NCBI GenBank assembly: GCA_033853355.1
Contig: JAWOLP010000022.1
Span: 1 to 56,722 of the forward strand
Source of the DNA: Candidatus Micrarchaeia archaeon
Lineage (GTDB): Archaea > Micrarchaeota > Micrarchaeia > Anstonellales > Bilamarchaeaceae
DNA: 56,722 nt
Direction: 5' to 3'
Shown here: positions 15,871 through 25,600 of the stretch, piece by piece
How positions within the stretch are numbered: the first letter of the stretch is position 1
Layout: the number at the start of each line of letters is the position of its first letter
Notes under the pieces: model-generated
Seen by the model: only the letters and a program-made list of their open reading frames with translations
The model's database searches: none
What the model was told of the DNA's origin: nothing
Translations under genes and position numbers: made by a program

Positions 15871-17238
15871 TCAGATCGCGGCCTCGTACGACTCCCACGC
15901 CGGCAGGGCGGCGAGCTGGCGCTTCCTCTGCTCGAAGCGTCTCCGCTCGCCGTTCACGAGCGGCGAGAGCTTGTATATCTCATGCCCCGCCGAGCCTTCG
16001 TCGGCCTTGACGTGCATGTCTACGGTACGGACTATCAGCTCCATCGGCACCATCCGCTCGTGCGCCGAGACGGTGTCGAGGTGCACGCTCTGGTAGAGGG
16101 TGACAGGCTTCGGCCGCGAAGCGTAGTCCTTGGGGAATATCGTGTGGAGGTCCGGGACCCCGCATTCGGCCGCGGCTCTCCGTATCCCGCCCTCGTACAG
16201 GTAGGACACGTAGTCGTACATCCTGGCCTGGGTGTCCGCGATTATCATGGCGCCCGACCAGTCGTGCACCTTGCTTATCGGGATGCCCTTCTTGGCCGAC
16301 TTGTCCATCAGCCCGCCGGCTCCCTTGAAGGGGCGCACCGCCACCGCGATCGTGTCCCGGTCCAGCCGCGGCAGGACGGAGGACACCGTCGGGAGGTCAT
16401 AGGCGACGAGCACCTTCAGCCCGAAGCGCTTGGCCATCCCGTGTAGCGCCAGCTGCATCATGAGGTTCGTGTTGAGGAGGGCCGGCATCATGGCGTCAGC
16501 CTCCTCGGAGACCCTGGCGAATGCCGCCGGGTCCATGTAGTACATGGCATTGTCGCGCATCTCGCGGTAGGCGACGGTGGAGCTGCCCCAGTCCGCTATC
16601 GGGCAGTATATCCTGAGCATCGGGTCGGCCCAGGCGCGCTGGACCTCCTGCCAGCTCTCGTGCATCGGGAACACGCCTGGCATCCGGGTCTTGGCCGCGC
16701 TGACCGTGTCCGTATCGTGGACGGTCATCATGTCCGCGATGCGCGCATAGAGAGCGACGATCATGTCCGTCTGGTCGAAGCGGCCGTCGCTGAGGAGCAT
16801 CCGGTACTCGGCCGAGCGGTCGCCGGAGGTCGCGTCGAGCGTCTTGAGCATGCGCTGGAGGGCCGCCCTGGCCGCGAATCCCTTGCTGAGGCCGGAGGCC
16901 GGCAGGTACGCGTCGGATTCTATGGGGTGATAGAGTATGAGCTCGGCGACCGCCTTCGAGAACCGGTCCAGGCCCTCCTCGCGGGCGACTATGAGCTTCC
17001 CGCGGAGCGCTGCGTCCAGCACCTTCACGACGTGCCGGTACATGGGCTCAGCGTTCAGGTCGATGTAGTGCCCCTTCGCTTTCTCGACCATCATGACGAG
17101 CTCGCGGCATCCGCAGCCGCAGACGCCGGCGTTGGCCACCGATACCGGCTCGAGGAGCGGCCCGGAAGGCGTCCACATCCTGGAGCGCGCTGCGCCCACG
17201 GCAGCTTCGCCTATCCCCAGGTTCATTGTGGTTGCCAT
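15871..17238 (-). CDS. Second divergent RelA/SpoT-homologue domain protein
   Basis: VRPFKGAGGLMDKSAKK, VHDWSGAMIIAD, KDYASRPKPVTLYQSVHLD and MELIVRTVDMHVKADEGSAGHEIYK parallel the RelA_SpoT motif order. Start set at MATTMNLG (17238), about 26 nt after TATA-like ATATATTTAAAT. Confidence 0.6.
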   Translation of the reverse strand: MATTMNLGIGEAAVGAARSRMWTPSGPLLEPVSVANAGVCGCGCRELVMMVEKAKGHYIDLNAEPMYRHVVKVLDAALRGKLIVAREEGLDRFSKAVAELILYHPIESDAYLPASGLSKGFAARAALQRMLKTLDATSGDRSAEYRMLLSDGRFDQTDMIVALYARIADMMTVHDTDTVSAAKTRMPGVFPMHESWQEVQRAWADPMLRIYCPIADWGSSTVAYREMRDNAMYYMDPAAFARVSEEADAMMPALLNTNLMMQLALHGMAKRFGLKVLVAYDLPTVSSVLPRLDRDTIAVAVRPFKGAGGLMDKSAKKGIPISKVHDWSGAMIIADTQARMYDYVSYLYEGGIRRAAAECGVPDLHTIFPKDYASRPKPVTLYQSVHLDTVSAHERMVPMELIVRTVDMHVKADEGSAGHEIYKLSPLVNGERRRFEQRKRQLAALPAWESYEAAI

Positions 17239-17377
17239 AGGTAATTTATGGCTCGAACCCGATTTAAATATATGCTTTTCCATTTTCTGACACACCGGTG
17301 ATCATTGTCGCGATTCCTGGCCGTTGTGCTGTTCGGGTCTCCGGAGATTTATAAATGCGTGTCACAGAAAAAGAGGC

Positions 17378-18379
17378 TCAGTGGAAGACCAGCTTCGCCT
17401 TCTTGAGATCTTCGAGCGTCTTCGAGCCGGTGAGGTAGGCGCAGACGCGCATCTGCTTGGTGAAAAGCGCGACGAATTCGTCGAGGCCCCGGTCCCTCTG
17501 GGCCTTGATGAAAGGGTATGCCGCCCCGCACATGTCCGCGCCGAGCGCGATCGCCTTGGACCCGTCCAGGCCGTCGCGTATGCCGCCGCTCGCGAGCATG
17601 GGGAGCACGCCGCGGCACTGGATTATGGCCTCCACCGTCGGTATGCCCCAGTCCTCGAAGCCCGGGATGTTGCCGTTCCGGAGGTACTCCACCTTGCTCC
17701 AGGAGGTGCCGCCCGCCCCCGAGACGTCGATGTACTTGGCGCCGGCCTCCTTCAGGCGGATCGCGACGTCCTGGCTTATCCCGGCGCCGGTCTCCTTGAC
17801 CATGACGGGCACCGAGAGGCGCTCGCAGGTCTTCCTTATCGCATCCAGGACTCCGCCGAAGTCTGTGTCGCCCTCGGGCTGTATCACTTCCTGCAGGGGG
17901 TTCAGGTGCACCGCCAGCCCGTCGGCGTCGATCGCGCTGACCAGCGACTCTATCTGCTCGGTCTTGTATCTCTTGAGCTGGAAGGCGCCGATGTTCGAGA
18001 GGAGGGGGACGTCGGGCGCGACATCGCGGACCCTGTAGGTCTTGGCGAGCTCCGGCTTCTCTATCATGGCCCTCTGCGAGCCGACGCCGAAAGCGAGGCC
18101 GTGCTCCTGCGCCGCGCGGGCCAGCGCCTTGTTGATGTCCGTGGCATCCTTGTACCCGCCAGTCATGCCGGTTATCAGCACCGGGTACCGCAGGCGCTTG
18201 CCGAAGAACTCCGTGCCCAGGTCCACCGAATCGAGCGATATCTCCGGCAGCGCGTCATGGACGAACGAGATCCTCTCGAAGCCGGCGCTCTTCTCGTACT
18301 GCGCGCCTTTCTTTATGACGAGCTCGACGTGGTCCTTCTTGCGGGACTCGGTCTGGGTTTTGGGCATAACATCGTTCAC
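17378..18379 (-). CDS. fni: Isopentenyl-diphosphate delta-isomerase, type 2 (FMN-dependent)
   Basis: RKKDHVEL, YPVLITGMTGG and ASGGIRDGLD with TIM-barrel IDI-2 layout, 333 aa. Confidence 0.92.
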   Translation of the reverse strand: MNDVMPKTQTESRKKDHVELVIKKGAQYEKSAGFERISFVHDALPEISLDSVDLGTEFFGKRLRYPVLITGMTGGYKDATDINKALARAAQEHGLAFGVGSQRAMIEKPELAKTYRVRDVAPDVPLLSNIGAFQLKRYKTEQIESLVSAIDADGLAVHLNPLQEVIQPEGDTDFGGVLDAIRKTCERLSVPVMVKETGAGISQDVAIRLKEAGAKYIDVSGAGGTSWSKVEYLRNGNIPGFEDWGIPTVEAIIQCRGVLPMLASGGIRDGLDGSKAIALGADMCGAAYPFIKAQRDRGLDEFVALFTKQMRVCAYLTGSKTLEDLKKAKLVFH

Positions 18380-18403
18380 CTGTCCGGGAAAATCTTGCGG
18401 GCC

Positions 18404-19147
18404 TCATTTGGCCAGCGGGTATTTCTCCATGTACATCTGCGTCTGGAGCACGATGAGGTACGGCAGTATCAGGAGCGAATTCGTCAGCAGGACGAAATAG
18501 TTCGAGTAGGGGCTGGAGAAAAGGAAGTCTGAGACGATCTTGACGACGGATATCACGAAGAGCGCCAGGAACGACCAGAGGATGAAGAGGTGCGGGTTGC
18601 GCATGGCCATGCTCACGGACCTGCGGATCGCCTTGGGGGTGTCCGAATTGTCGATGACGACGGCAGGCGCGACGAAGAAGAGGAGGAATGAGAGGACGAG
18701 CGAGAAGACCGGGTATATCAGCGGCTGGAACGGGTTGTCGTAGATGAGCAGCTGGACTATGAGGGACAGTAGGAGGGCGAGGGTGTAGATGTAGAAGATC
18801 CTGGCCGCATAGCTGCCTATCGCAGAGAGGACCTCGGTCCTGATGGCGGTGAGGGTGCGCTTCGAGCGGACGATTATGTTGATGTTCACGACGGTGTCGG
18901 CGATGAGGAACACGGCGAGCGCATACCCCACCGCGATCGCCGCGACCTGGAGCGGCGAGAGCTCCGGTATGCTGCCGATCCTCAGGAACACGGCCCCGGC
19001 GGCCTGGTAGGTGGGAGCGGAGACCAGGGCGAGTATCGCTATCGCGAGGAGGAACGGCACCGAGAATATGACGATGAGGCCGAGGCGCGCGAGATAGAAC
19101 TCGTTCGCGTACCTGAATATCCTTGAGATCTCGTCGTCCATGACCAT
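18404..19147 (-). CDS. Integral membrane protein, unknown function
   Basis: Six or more hydrophobic helices. Start set at MVMDDE (19147), at leaderless distance from the AT-rich box at about 19160-19176. The upstream 43 codons of the track ORF are non-protein-like. Confidence 0.6.
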   Translation of the reverse strand: MVMDDEISRIFRYANEFYLARLGLIVIFSVPFLLAIAILALVSAPTYQAAGAVFLRIGSIPELSPLQVAAIAVGYALAVFLIADTVVNINIIVRSKRTLTAIRTEVLSAIGSYAARIFYIYTLALLLSLIVQLLIYDNPFQPLIYPVFSLVLSFLLFFVAPAVVIDNSDTPKAIRRSVSMAMRNPHLFILWSFLALFVISVVKIVSDFLFSSPYSNYFVLLTNSLLILPYLIVLQTQMYMEKYPLAK

Positions 19148-19206
19148 CTCTAGGAACGCATAATTTAAATATTTGAGCGGATGCAAGTGCCTGCAAGGAT
19201 GGCTGG

Positions 19207-19953
19207 GTGGAGGGGGCCCGCCAGACCATATGCAGAGGTGGTTTTCTGCCAGGAATTGCAAAGTACAGGATCGCATCCATCGGAAGCGACGTCCAGGACG
19301 TCAACATCTACCGGCTCGAGCCCTTGGAGGGGAAGGTGCCGCAATTCACGGCCGGCCAGTGGGTCTTCCTGCACATGCTCGACCAGGCCGGCAACAGCGT
19401 GGACAAGAGGCCGTATTCCATAGCCTCGTCGCCGGACATGCCCTACCTGGAGTTCGCGATCGACATGGTCCATGGCCGCTTCACCGGAAAGCTCGAAACG
19501 CTCCCCGTGGGATCAGTTATCGGCGTCGAAGGGCCGCAGGGGAGGATGACATACGAGGGGCAGAAGAACGCCGCGTTCATAGGAGGGGGGACCGGCGTCG
19601 CGCCGTTCATAGGGATGCTGAGGCATATCGCAGCCAAGGGCATCGAGGGACGGTTCGTCCTGTTCTACACCACCCGGACCAGGGAGAGGATAATATACCG
19701 CGACGAGATCGAGAGGCTCAGTAAGGCCAATCCCGGCATAAAGGTGATAATCACGCTGACAAGGGAGACCGCCACGGATTGGGCCGGGGAATGCGGACGG
19801 ATCAACCACGAGATGATATCGAAGCACATCGGCAAGGCCTCGGACTTCGACTGGTGGCTCTGCGGGCCGATGGAGCTCCTCAAGAGCATGAGGATATGCC
19901 TGGCCGGGATGGGGGCCGACCCGAAAAGGGTGAGGATGGAAGGCTGGGGATAA
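19207..19953 (+). CDS. FNR-like FAD/NAD(P)-binding oxidoreductase
   Basis: RPYSIAS (FAD-binding RxYS motif), GGGTGVAPF (NAD(P) motif), C-terminal CGPMELL. GTG start as given in the track; the exact start is uncertain. Confidence 0.8.
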   Translation: MEGARQTICRGGFLPGIAKYRIASIGSDVQDVNIYRLEPLEGKVPQFTAGQWVFLHMLDQAGNSVDKRPYSIASSPDMPYLEFAIDMVHGRFTGKLETLPVGSVIGVEGPQGRMTYEGQKNAAFIGGGTGVAPFIGMLRHIAAKGIEGRFVLFYTTRTRERIIYRDEIERLSKANPGIKVIITLTRETATDWAGECGRINHEMISKHIGKASDFDWWLCGPMELLKSMRICLAGMGADPKRVRMEGWG

Positions 19954-20050
19954 TATTTAAAAGAAGAAGCGAATGATGTTAGTCGTATTCTACTTGCTTG
20001 CCTAAGATGGGGAATAAAAACCCCACTTAGAGAAGCGTGGAGGGTTTTTC

Positions 20051-20521
20051 ATGAAGACTGTTGACGCGATCGTAGAAGGCGGCAAAGCGACCGCCGGTCC
20101 GCCCCTTGCGCCGGCCCTTGCGCCGCTCGGGGTGAACATCGGGCAGGTAGTGGCGAAGATCAACGAGGCCACAAGGGAGTTCTCAGGCATGAAGGTGCCT
20201 GTCAAGGTCCTGGTGGACCCCAAGACAAAGACCTTCACGATAGAGGTCGGCAGCCCGAACACGGCCGAGGTCATAAAGAAGGAGGCCGGGATCGAGAAGG
20301 GGGCGGGGAACAAGGACGCTCCGGCCGGCAACCTCACCATTGAGAAGGCCGTCAAGATAGCCAAGGCGAAGAGGAATTCCCTCGGAAAGGACGCAAAGGA
20401 AACGCTTAAAGAGATACTAGGGACATGCGTTAGCATGGGAGTCACTGTTGACGGAAAGAGCGCGAAAGCGGTCATAAAGGAAGTCAACGAAGGAAAGCAC
20501 GACTCCATGCTGAAAGGCTGA
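20051..20521 (+). CDS. rpl11: 50S ribosomal protein L11 (uL11)
   Basis: GGKATAGPPLAPALAPLGVNIGQVV...TFTIEVGSP, the canonical uL11 sequence. GGAGG lies 7 nt upstream of the ATG. Confidence 0.95.
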   Translation: MKTVDAIVEGGKATAGPPLAPALAPLGVNIGQVVAKINEATREFSGMKVPVKVLVDPKTKTFTIEVGSPNTAEVIKKEAGIEKGAGNKDAPAGNLTIEKAVKIAKAKRNSLGKDAKETLKEILGTCVSMGVTVDGKSAKAVIKEVNEGKHDSMLKG

Positions 20522-20525
20522 CCCT

Positions 20526-22196
20526 ATGAAGAGAGCGTTCATCCTGGCCCTATTGGTTTTCCTGACATCTTTTTCTTTCGCTTCGCAGATATGGGAATAC
20601 AGCACCGAAGGGCCCATCACGACCAAGCCCGTGGTGTTCCAGAACGCGGTGGTCGTCGCCTCCGACGACGGCAAGGTGTACGCCATCGACCCCGGAACCG
20701 GCTCCCGCAGATGGGAGGCGGCGGTCGGGGACTCGCCGAACGAGGTGTTCCTCTTCGACGGCGGGGTCGTCTCCTCCTCGGGCGACGGGAACGTGGTCAA
20801 ATTCGGCGCCAACGGGGCGGTCGTGTGGAAGCTAGACCTGAACGTGACTCCGTACAACGTTACCCATATCTATGGGGCGAGCGGGAACGCGAACGAGATA
20901 TTCGTGGCGGCCGACAACGGGATATACCTTGTCGGGAAGGATGGGAGCGTCAAGAGCAAGCTGATGAGCTATAACAGCACCATCAGCGGCCCGCCCACGG
21001 CAGGGACGGACTTCGTCATAGTGGGCAGGGGCAACGAGCTCGACCGTATCAGCGACACCGGCGCGGTCCAGTGGAGGTCCAAGCTCCTCCAGGGCACGTT
21101 CTGGCTCTCGAGGCCCGTGATAAGCGGCACCAACGTCTACATCGGGGCGCTCGACAACCGCGTCCATGCCTATCTGCTCAACGGCGGCAGCGAGCTGTGG
21201 TCGACCGAGACCAAGAACTGGGTCGTCAGCACCCCGCTGGTCCTCAACGGGGTTGTCTATGTCGGCAGCGATGACGGCAACGTCTACTCGCTCGATGCGA
21301 CGACGGGCTCGGTGAACTGGGCCGCCCAGACGCAGCTCGCCGTGCAGTCCGAGCCCGAGGCGGGGACGATGGGCGGCAAGGACGTGATATTCGCGGGCAG
21401 CACCGACAAGAGCATATACGCCATCGCCAGGGACACCGGGGAGATAGTCTGGAAGGGGCCGTCGGCGGGATCGGTCGCCAGCCCCATGTTCTACCAGAAC
21501 TCCGTCATCTTCGGGGCCGGGGACGACAAGATCTACGCCTTCAGCACCGAGAGGGCCTGCTCGATAACCGATCCGCACGAGGCAGACATCGTCGGCCTGA
21601 AGGAGCTGGTCGTCGACGGCAAATACGCCTCCGAATCAGGCGGAGGGCAGGTCAATGTCCAGATAAACGGCGGGGCCTGGCAGCCGACGAACACCAGCGA
21701 CGTGGACTGGGTGTATTACATAGACCCCAAGGCCCAGCTGAATCCGGGGCTCAACACGATATCGTGCATGGTCTCGGACTCCGCCGGCCAGGAGAGCGGG
21801 CCGGGCTTCACTTCCGTGGCGATAAACTTCGACCCGACCATCTCGCTCAGCAACCTCGTCGTGACCATACCGTCCAATGTCGTCGAGGGCCAGCCGTTCA
21901 CGATATTCGTGAACGACGGCGACGACGGCTCGCCGGTGGACAGGTTCAACCTCACATTCGACGGCAAGACGTATTTCTCCGACAGGAACGTCACGATACC
22001 ATCCGCGCCTTCGGCAGGCTCCTATGACATAAAGGTGACGAAGATCGGATTCAACGATGCCGCCGCCAAGGTGAACGTCAACTCGAGCGGCGTGAACCCG
22101 ATCTTCATCGCTCTCGGCGTGCTGGTCATCATCGTGCTGATCTGGTTCGTCTGGACGAGGTTCATCGGCCAGAGGTTCGCTCCGAGAAGGAGATGA
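20526..22196 (+). CDS. Secreted PQQ-like beta-propeller repeat protein with C-terminal TM anchor
   Basis: N-terminal signal sequence. Repeated DGKVYAIDPGTG / DNRVHAY / DGNVYSLDATTGSVNW / DKSIYAIARDTGEIVW blades. Ig-like region. C-terminal IFIALGVLVIIVLIWFVW plus a basic tail. Confidence 0.85.
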   Translation: MKRAFILALLVFLTSFSFASQIWEYSTEGPITTKPVVFQNAVVVASDDGKVYAIDPGTGSRRWEAAVGDSPNEVFLFDGGVVSSSGDGNVVKFGANGAVVWKLDLNVTPYNVTHIYGASGNANEIFVAADNGIYLVGKDGSVKSKLMSYNSTISGPPTAGTDFVIVGRGNELDRISDTGAVQWRSKLLQGTFWLSRPVISGTNVYIGALDNRVHAYLLNGGSELWSTETKNWVVSTPLVLNGVVYVGSDDGNVYSLDATTGSVNWAAQTQLAVQSEPEAGTMGGKDVIFAGSTDKSIYAIARDTGEIVWKGPSAGSVASPMFYQNSVIFGAGDDKIYAFSTERACSITDPHEADIVGLKELVVDGKYASESGGGQVNVQINGGAWQPTNTSDVDWVYYIDPKAQLNPGLNTISCMVSDSAGQESGPGFTSVAINFDPTISLSNLVVTIPSNVVEGQPFTIFVNDGDDGSPVDRFNLTFDGKTYFSDRNVTIPSAPSAGSYDIKVTKIGFNDAAAKVNVNSSGVNPIFIALGVLVIIVLIWFVWTRFIGQRFAPRRR

Positions 22197-22265
22197 GGCC
22201 GCTTCGGATCTCTTCTGTTTTTCCCTTTCCAACCCTCCGGCAGGTTTTTTATTTAGTTTCGGTCA

Positions 22266-22877
22266 ATGTCAATAAGTGATTGGATGCCTGATTCGCTCAA
22301 GGGGAGGACCGCACGGGACCGGCAGGCTGCCGGCGGCGCGAGTGGATTCCGGAAGGACGCCGAGAGGTTTCTCGCGGCGGTGGATGCCTGCGCATGCTCG
22401 GAGGAAGGTCTGAGGCGTGCCGGAGAGGCCCTGGGGGATCGCGGGCTTGACCCGATGAGGAGGCGCGACGCCATGCTGGCCATATCGGCCGCAGAGCTCC
22501 GCGGGGCGGACCTGGAGCCGGCCGCGGAAGCCCTCGCAAGGGCGGCCGGCGACGATGCCATGCCGATGCGCCCCTTCGCGAGCGGCCTGCTGGCCAGGCA
22601 CCTCATGCGGAAGGGGGATTTCCACGGGGCGTGCTCGCTGTACCTGGGGAGCGGCCCAAACGCCCGACGCCTGATCATGCTCGAGGCCGGCTCATGGATG
22701 CTGAGCCGGGGATATGACAGCGGGATGGAAACGCTCTCGATCCATATCCTCACGGATCCGGACGAGCGGATTGCATCCAGGTTCCTCTCGACCCTCTTGG
22801 CGTGCGGAAGGAGCGACCCAGCTCTCGCGGCGATGCTGATCGCAGCGTCCACGGACTTCAAGTCCGAGAAGGATTAG
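22266..22877 (+). CDS. Hypothetical protein
   Basis: 203-aa ORF. Preferred over the fully overlapping antisense ORF (22253..22861), which is S/R/A/P-rich. No motif recognised. Confidence 0.4.
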   Translation: MSISDWMPDSLKGRTARDRQAAGGASGFRKDAERFLAAVDACACSEEGLRRAGEALGDRGLDPMRRRDAMLAISAAELRGADLEPAAEALARAAGDDAMPMRPFASGLLARHLMRKGDFHGACSLYLGSGPNARRLIMLEAGSWMLSRGYDSGMETLSIHILTDPDERIASRFLSTLLACGRSDPALAAMLIAASTDFKSEKD

Positions 22878-22881
22878 CCGT

Positions 22882-23100
22882 TCAGAAGAGATGGTGGTCG
22901 TAGTTCTGCTCCGGGAAGTCGAGGTAGCCCCTGGGCCTTGGCGGCTGGACGCTGCCCATCTCGAAGTCGTTGTACAGGCATCTCTGGAGGTCCATGCCCT
23001 CGATGCCTTCGGCCATCGGCCCCCTGCCTGAAAACGGCTCGGGGCGGCGCTCTTCCTTCTTCCCGGCAGATTGGCTGGCGGTGTTTCTAACAGGATTCAT
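22882..23100 (-). CDS. Possible small protein (72 aa)
   Basis: ATG at leaderless distance from the AT-rich box CAATTAAAATCA (about 23119-23132, minus strand). No motif. Confidence 0.3.
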   Translation of the reverse strand: MNPVRNTASQSAGKKEERRPEPFSGRGPMAEGIEGMDLQRCLYNDFEMGSVQPPRPRGYLDFPEQNYDHHLF

Positions 23101-23165
23101 GCTCTTATAAGTGCGGGGATGATTTTAATTGTTTTGATTCAGAATATGTTTGGAGATGTACTAAA

Positions 23166-23831
23166 ATGATACAAGAAAAAACCGCTAAAGGGACGCACGG
23201 CAAAGCCATAACATTTGCGTTCGCAGGCGCGATGGCAGCAGGATGCGCCACGGGGACCGCTGGGCCCCGTGCCGAAGGGACTGCTCAGATTTTGTCGGAC
23301 CGTGTTGCTTCGGCGCCGATGAGGCAGGAGCCGATGCTGGAGAGCGTCGTGCTTCTGTCACAGCGAGGGGCGCGCTTGATCGAGGCGGCGGTCGTAGCCA
23401 TGGAGCCTCTGAGACCGCAGGCATTCGCTCCAACGCCCTCCCCGACACAGGATGACTCTCAGTCTTCTTGCTCCTATGAGTTATGCAGGCATCTCGAGGC
23501 AGTGAGGGCTGAAACCGCGCAGGCGTTCGAAGATATGGCTGGCTTCATCGGAACGGTATATAGGATTTATCATGGCACGCCCGTGCGGGATGCCCATTTG
23601 ACGTATCAGTATTTCGATGCCGCACAAGGAGTCTGGCACAATATCCCCGGATGCGAGGACGTGCGCGCCTCAAGCAGAAGGGAGATGCCGTATTCTGACG
23701 GAGAGGCTAGGGAGTTCTATTTCGCATCTTGCGACGCCTCTGCGATTCGCTCGGGGACGTTGCGTGTGACCTTCAGGCCGTCGGCCGGGCAGGCTATTTA
23801 TCCGAGCAGCGCCCTGTTTGATCTCCGCTGA
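23166..23831 (+). CDS. Hypothetical protein
   Basis: 221-aa ORF. GC is somewhat lower and T-ending codons more frequent than in neighbours. AT-rich promoter-like region upstream. No motif. Confidence 0.45.
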   Translation: MIQEKTAKGTHGKAITFAFAGAMAAGCATGTAGPRAEGTAQILSDRVASAPMRQEPMLESVVLLSQRGARLIEAAVVAMEPLRPQAFAPTPSPTQDDSQSSCSYELCRHLEAVRAETAQAFEDMAGFIGTVYRIYHGTPVRDAHLTYQYFDAAQGVWHNIPGCEDVRASSRREMPYSDGEAREFYFASCDASAIRSGTLRVTFRPSAGQAIYPSSALFDLR

Positions 23832-25568
23832 TCACTCGACCGTGACGCTCTTGGCCAGGTTCCTCGGCCGGTCCGGGTTGATGCCGCGCAGCACGCTCAC
23901 GTGGTACGCGAGGAGCTGGAGGGGGACTATCAGGGCGAAGGGATAGAGGACCGGGTCGATGCCCTTGGGGAGGCGTATCGAGTATCCGCTCTCGGCCGCC
24001 ACTTCGTCGTCATCGGTGACGGAGACGATGAGGCCCCCCCGCGCCTTGGCCTCCTTGATGTTGCCGAAAAGCTTGGTCGCGGCCTCGTCCTTGGGAGCCA
24101 GGGCGACCACTGGGACGCCTTCCTGGATGAGGCTTAGCGTGCCGTGCTTCAGCTCGCCGCCCGGATACGCCTCGGAATGTATGTAGGTGATCTCCTTGAA
24201 TTTCAGCGAGGCCTCGTAGGCTATGGGGACGTTCCGCCCCCGCGCTATGAAGAAGACGTTCTCCGAGCCGGCGAGCCTCTGGGCGATTTTCTTGACGTCG
24301 TTTTCGCTCTCGAGCATCTTCCCGATCAGCTCCGAGAGCCCCTCCAGCCGTTCCTTGCCGTAGAATAGCTTGAAGATGACCGCCAGCTGCGACGTGAACG
24401 TCTTTGTGGCCGCCACGCCGGCCTCAGGGCCGGCGTTGAGGAAGACGACCTTGTCGGCCAGGCCGGTTATCGTCGAGCCGACGATGTTGGTCAGGGCGAG
24501 CACCTTGCATCCCTTGGCGAAGCGGATCGCCTGCAGGACGTCGGCGGTCTCGCCGCTCTGGCTTATGGCCACTATGAGGGTGCCTTCCGAGGGCCTTGCG
24601 ATGAAGGGATAGTCGCTCGCTATGAAAGCCTGCGCGTTCTTCCCCTCCGACTGGAGGAGCAGCGAGAGCATCATGCCCGCGTGGTAGGACGTGCCGGCCG
24701 CGATGATGTCGATGCGCCCGTGCGAGCCTATGAGCGCTTTGGCGTCCTCGACGTCGGAGGAGAGGCTCTCGACTATGAAGTGCTTCTGGTCCATGATCTC
24801 CTTGAGCATGAAATGGGGGTACCCGCCCTTCTGGGCTAGGTCCAGGCTCCAGTCGACCTGCACCTGCTTCCTGCTCAGCTCGCGCCCCTCCAGCGAGAAT
24901 ATCTTGTAGCCGCTGCGCGATATGAAGGCCGCATCGCCTTCCGAGAGCGGGACGAAGGTCCGCGTGAATTTCAGCATCGCCGGTATGTCCGAGGCGCAGA
25001 ACATCTCGCCCTTGCCCACGCCGATGACCAGCGGGCTGTTCTTCCGGGCCAGGAAGATCCTGCCTTCGGGGTCCGAGGGCGACATCGCCACCACCGCGTA
25101 GGAGCCCTCGATCGCCGAGACCGATTTCAGGAACGCTTTCATGAGAGGCATGCTCTTCGCGTTCTCCTCGATGAGGTGCGCGAGGACCTCCGAATCGGTC
25201 TCGGAGACGAACCTGTGCCCCTTGGCGAGCAGGTCCTTCTTCAGCGCGGAGAAGTTCTCTATGACGCCGTTATGGACCAGGATGACGTTCCCGCCGCAGT
25301 CCGTGTGCGGATGCGCGTTCTCCTTGCAGACCGACCCGTGGGTGGCCCACCGGGTGTGGCCGATGCCGACGCTGCCGGCGAGGGCGGTGAACTGGAGGGC
25401 TGTCGAGACTTCTTCCACCATCCCCCGGTCCTTCCTGACCTCGGCTTTCTTCCCGTCGGACACTGCTATCCCCACGGAGTCGTAGCCGCGGTATTCGAGC
25501 CTCTTGAGGGCGTCGGTGATTATCTTGGAGGCGCTGCCGCTGCCGGCATAGCCTATGATTCCGCACAT
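23832..25568 (-). CDS. glmS: Glutamine--fructose-6-phosphate aminotransferase (isomerising)
   Basis: N-terminal MCGIIGY (Ntn Cys), two SIS domains, C-terminal ...NLAKSVTVE. 578 aa. Confidence 0.97.
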   Translation of the reverse strand: MCGIIGYAGSGSASKIITDALKRLEYRGYDSVGIAVSDGKKAEVRKDRGMVEEVSTALQFTALAGSVGIGHTRWATHGSVCKENAHPHTDCGGNVILVHNGVIENFSALKKDLLAKGHRFVSETDSEVLAHLIEENAKSMPLMKAFLKSVSAIEGSYAVVAMSPSDPEGRIFLARKNSPLVIGVGKGEMFCASDIPAMLKFTRTFVPLSEGDAAFISRSGYKIFSLEGRELSRKQVQVDWSLDLAQKGGYPHFMLKEIMDQKHFIVESLSSDVEDAKALIGSHGRIDIIAAGTSYHAGMMLSLLLQSEGKNAQAFIASDYPFIARPSEGTLIVAISQSGETADVLQAIRFAKGCKVLALTNIVGSTITGLADKVVFLNAGPEAGVAATKTFTSQLAVIFKLFYGKERLEGLSELIGKMLESENDVKKIAQRLAGSENVFFIARGRNVPIAYEASLKFKEITYIHSEAYPGGELKHGTLSLIQEGVPVVALAPKDEAATKLFGNIKEAKARGGLIVSVTDDDEVAAESGYSIRLPKGIDPVLYPFALIVPLQLLAYHVSVLRGINPDRPRNLAKSVTVE

Positions 25569-25600
25569 GAGCTAGAGATGGATAAAAAGATAATAAAGGG

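Noticed and set aside
17324-18532. 402-aa plus-strand ORF
   Set aside because: Antisense to the clearly identifiable type-2 IDI gene, with R/A/L/G-rich composition.
22253-22861. 202-aa minus-strand ORF
   Set aside because: It is mutually exclusive with the plus-strand ORF 22266..22877. Its S/R/A/P-rich composition looks antisense-like. Neither call is strong.
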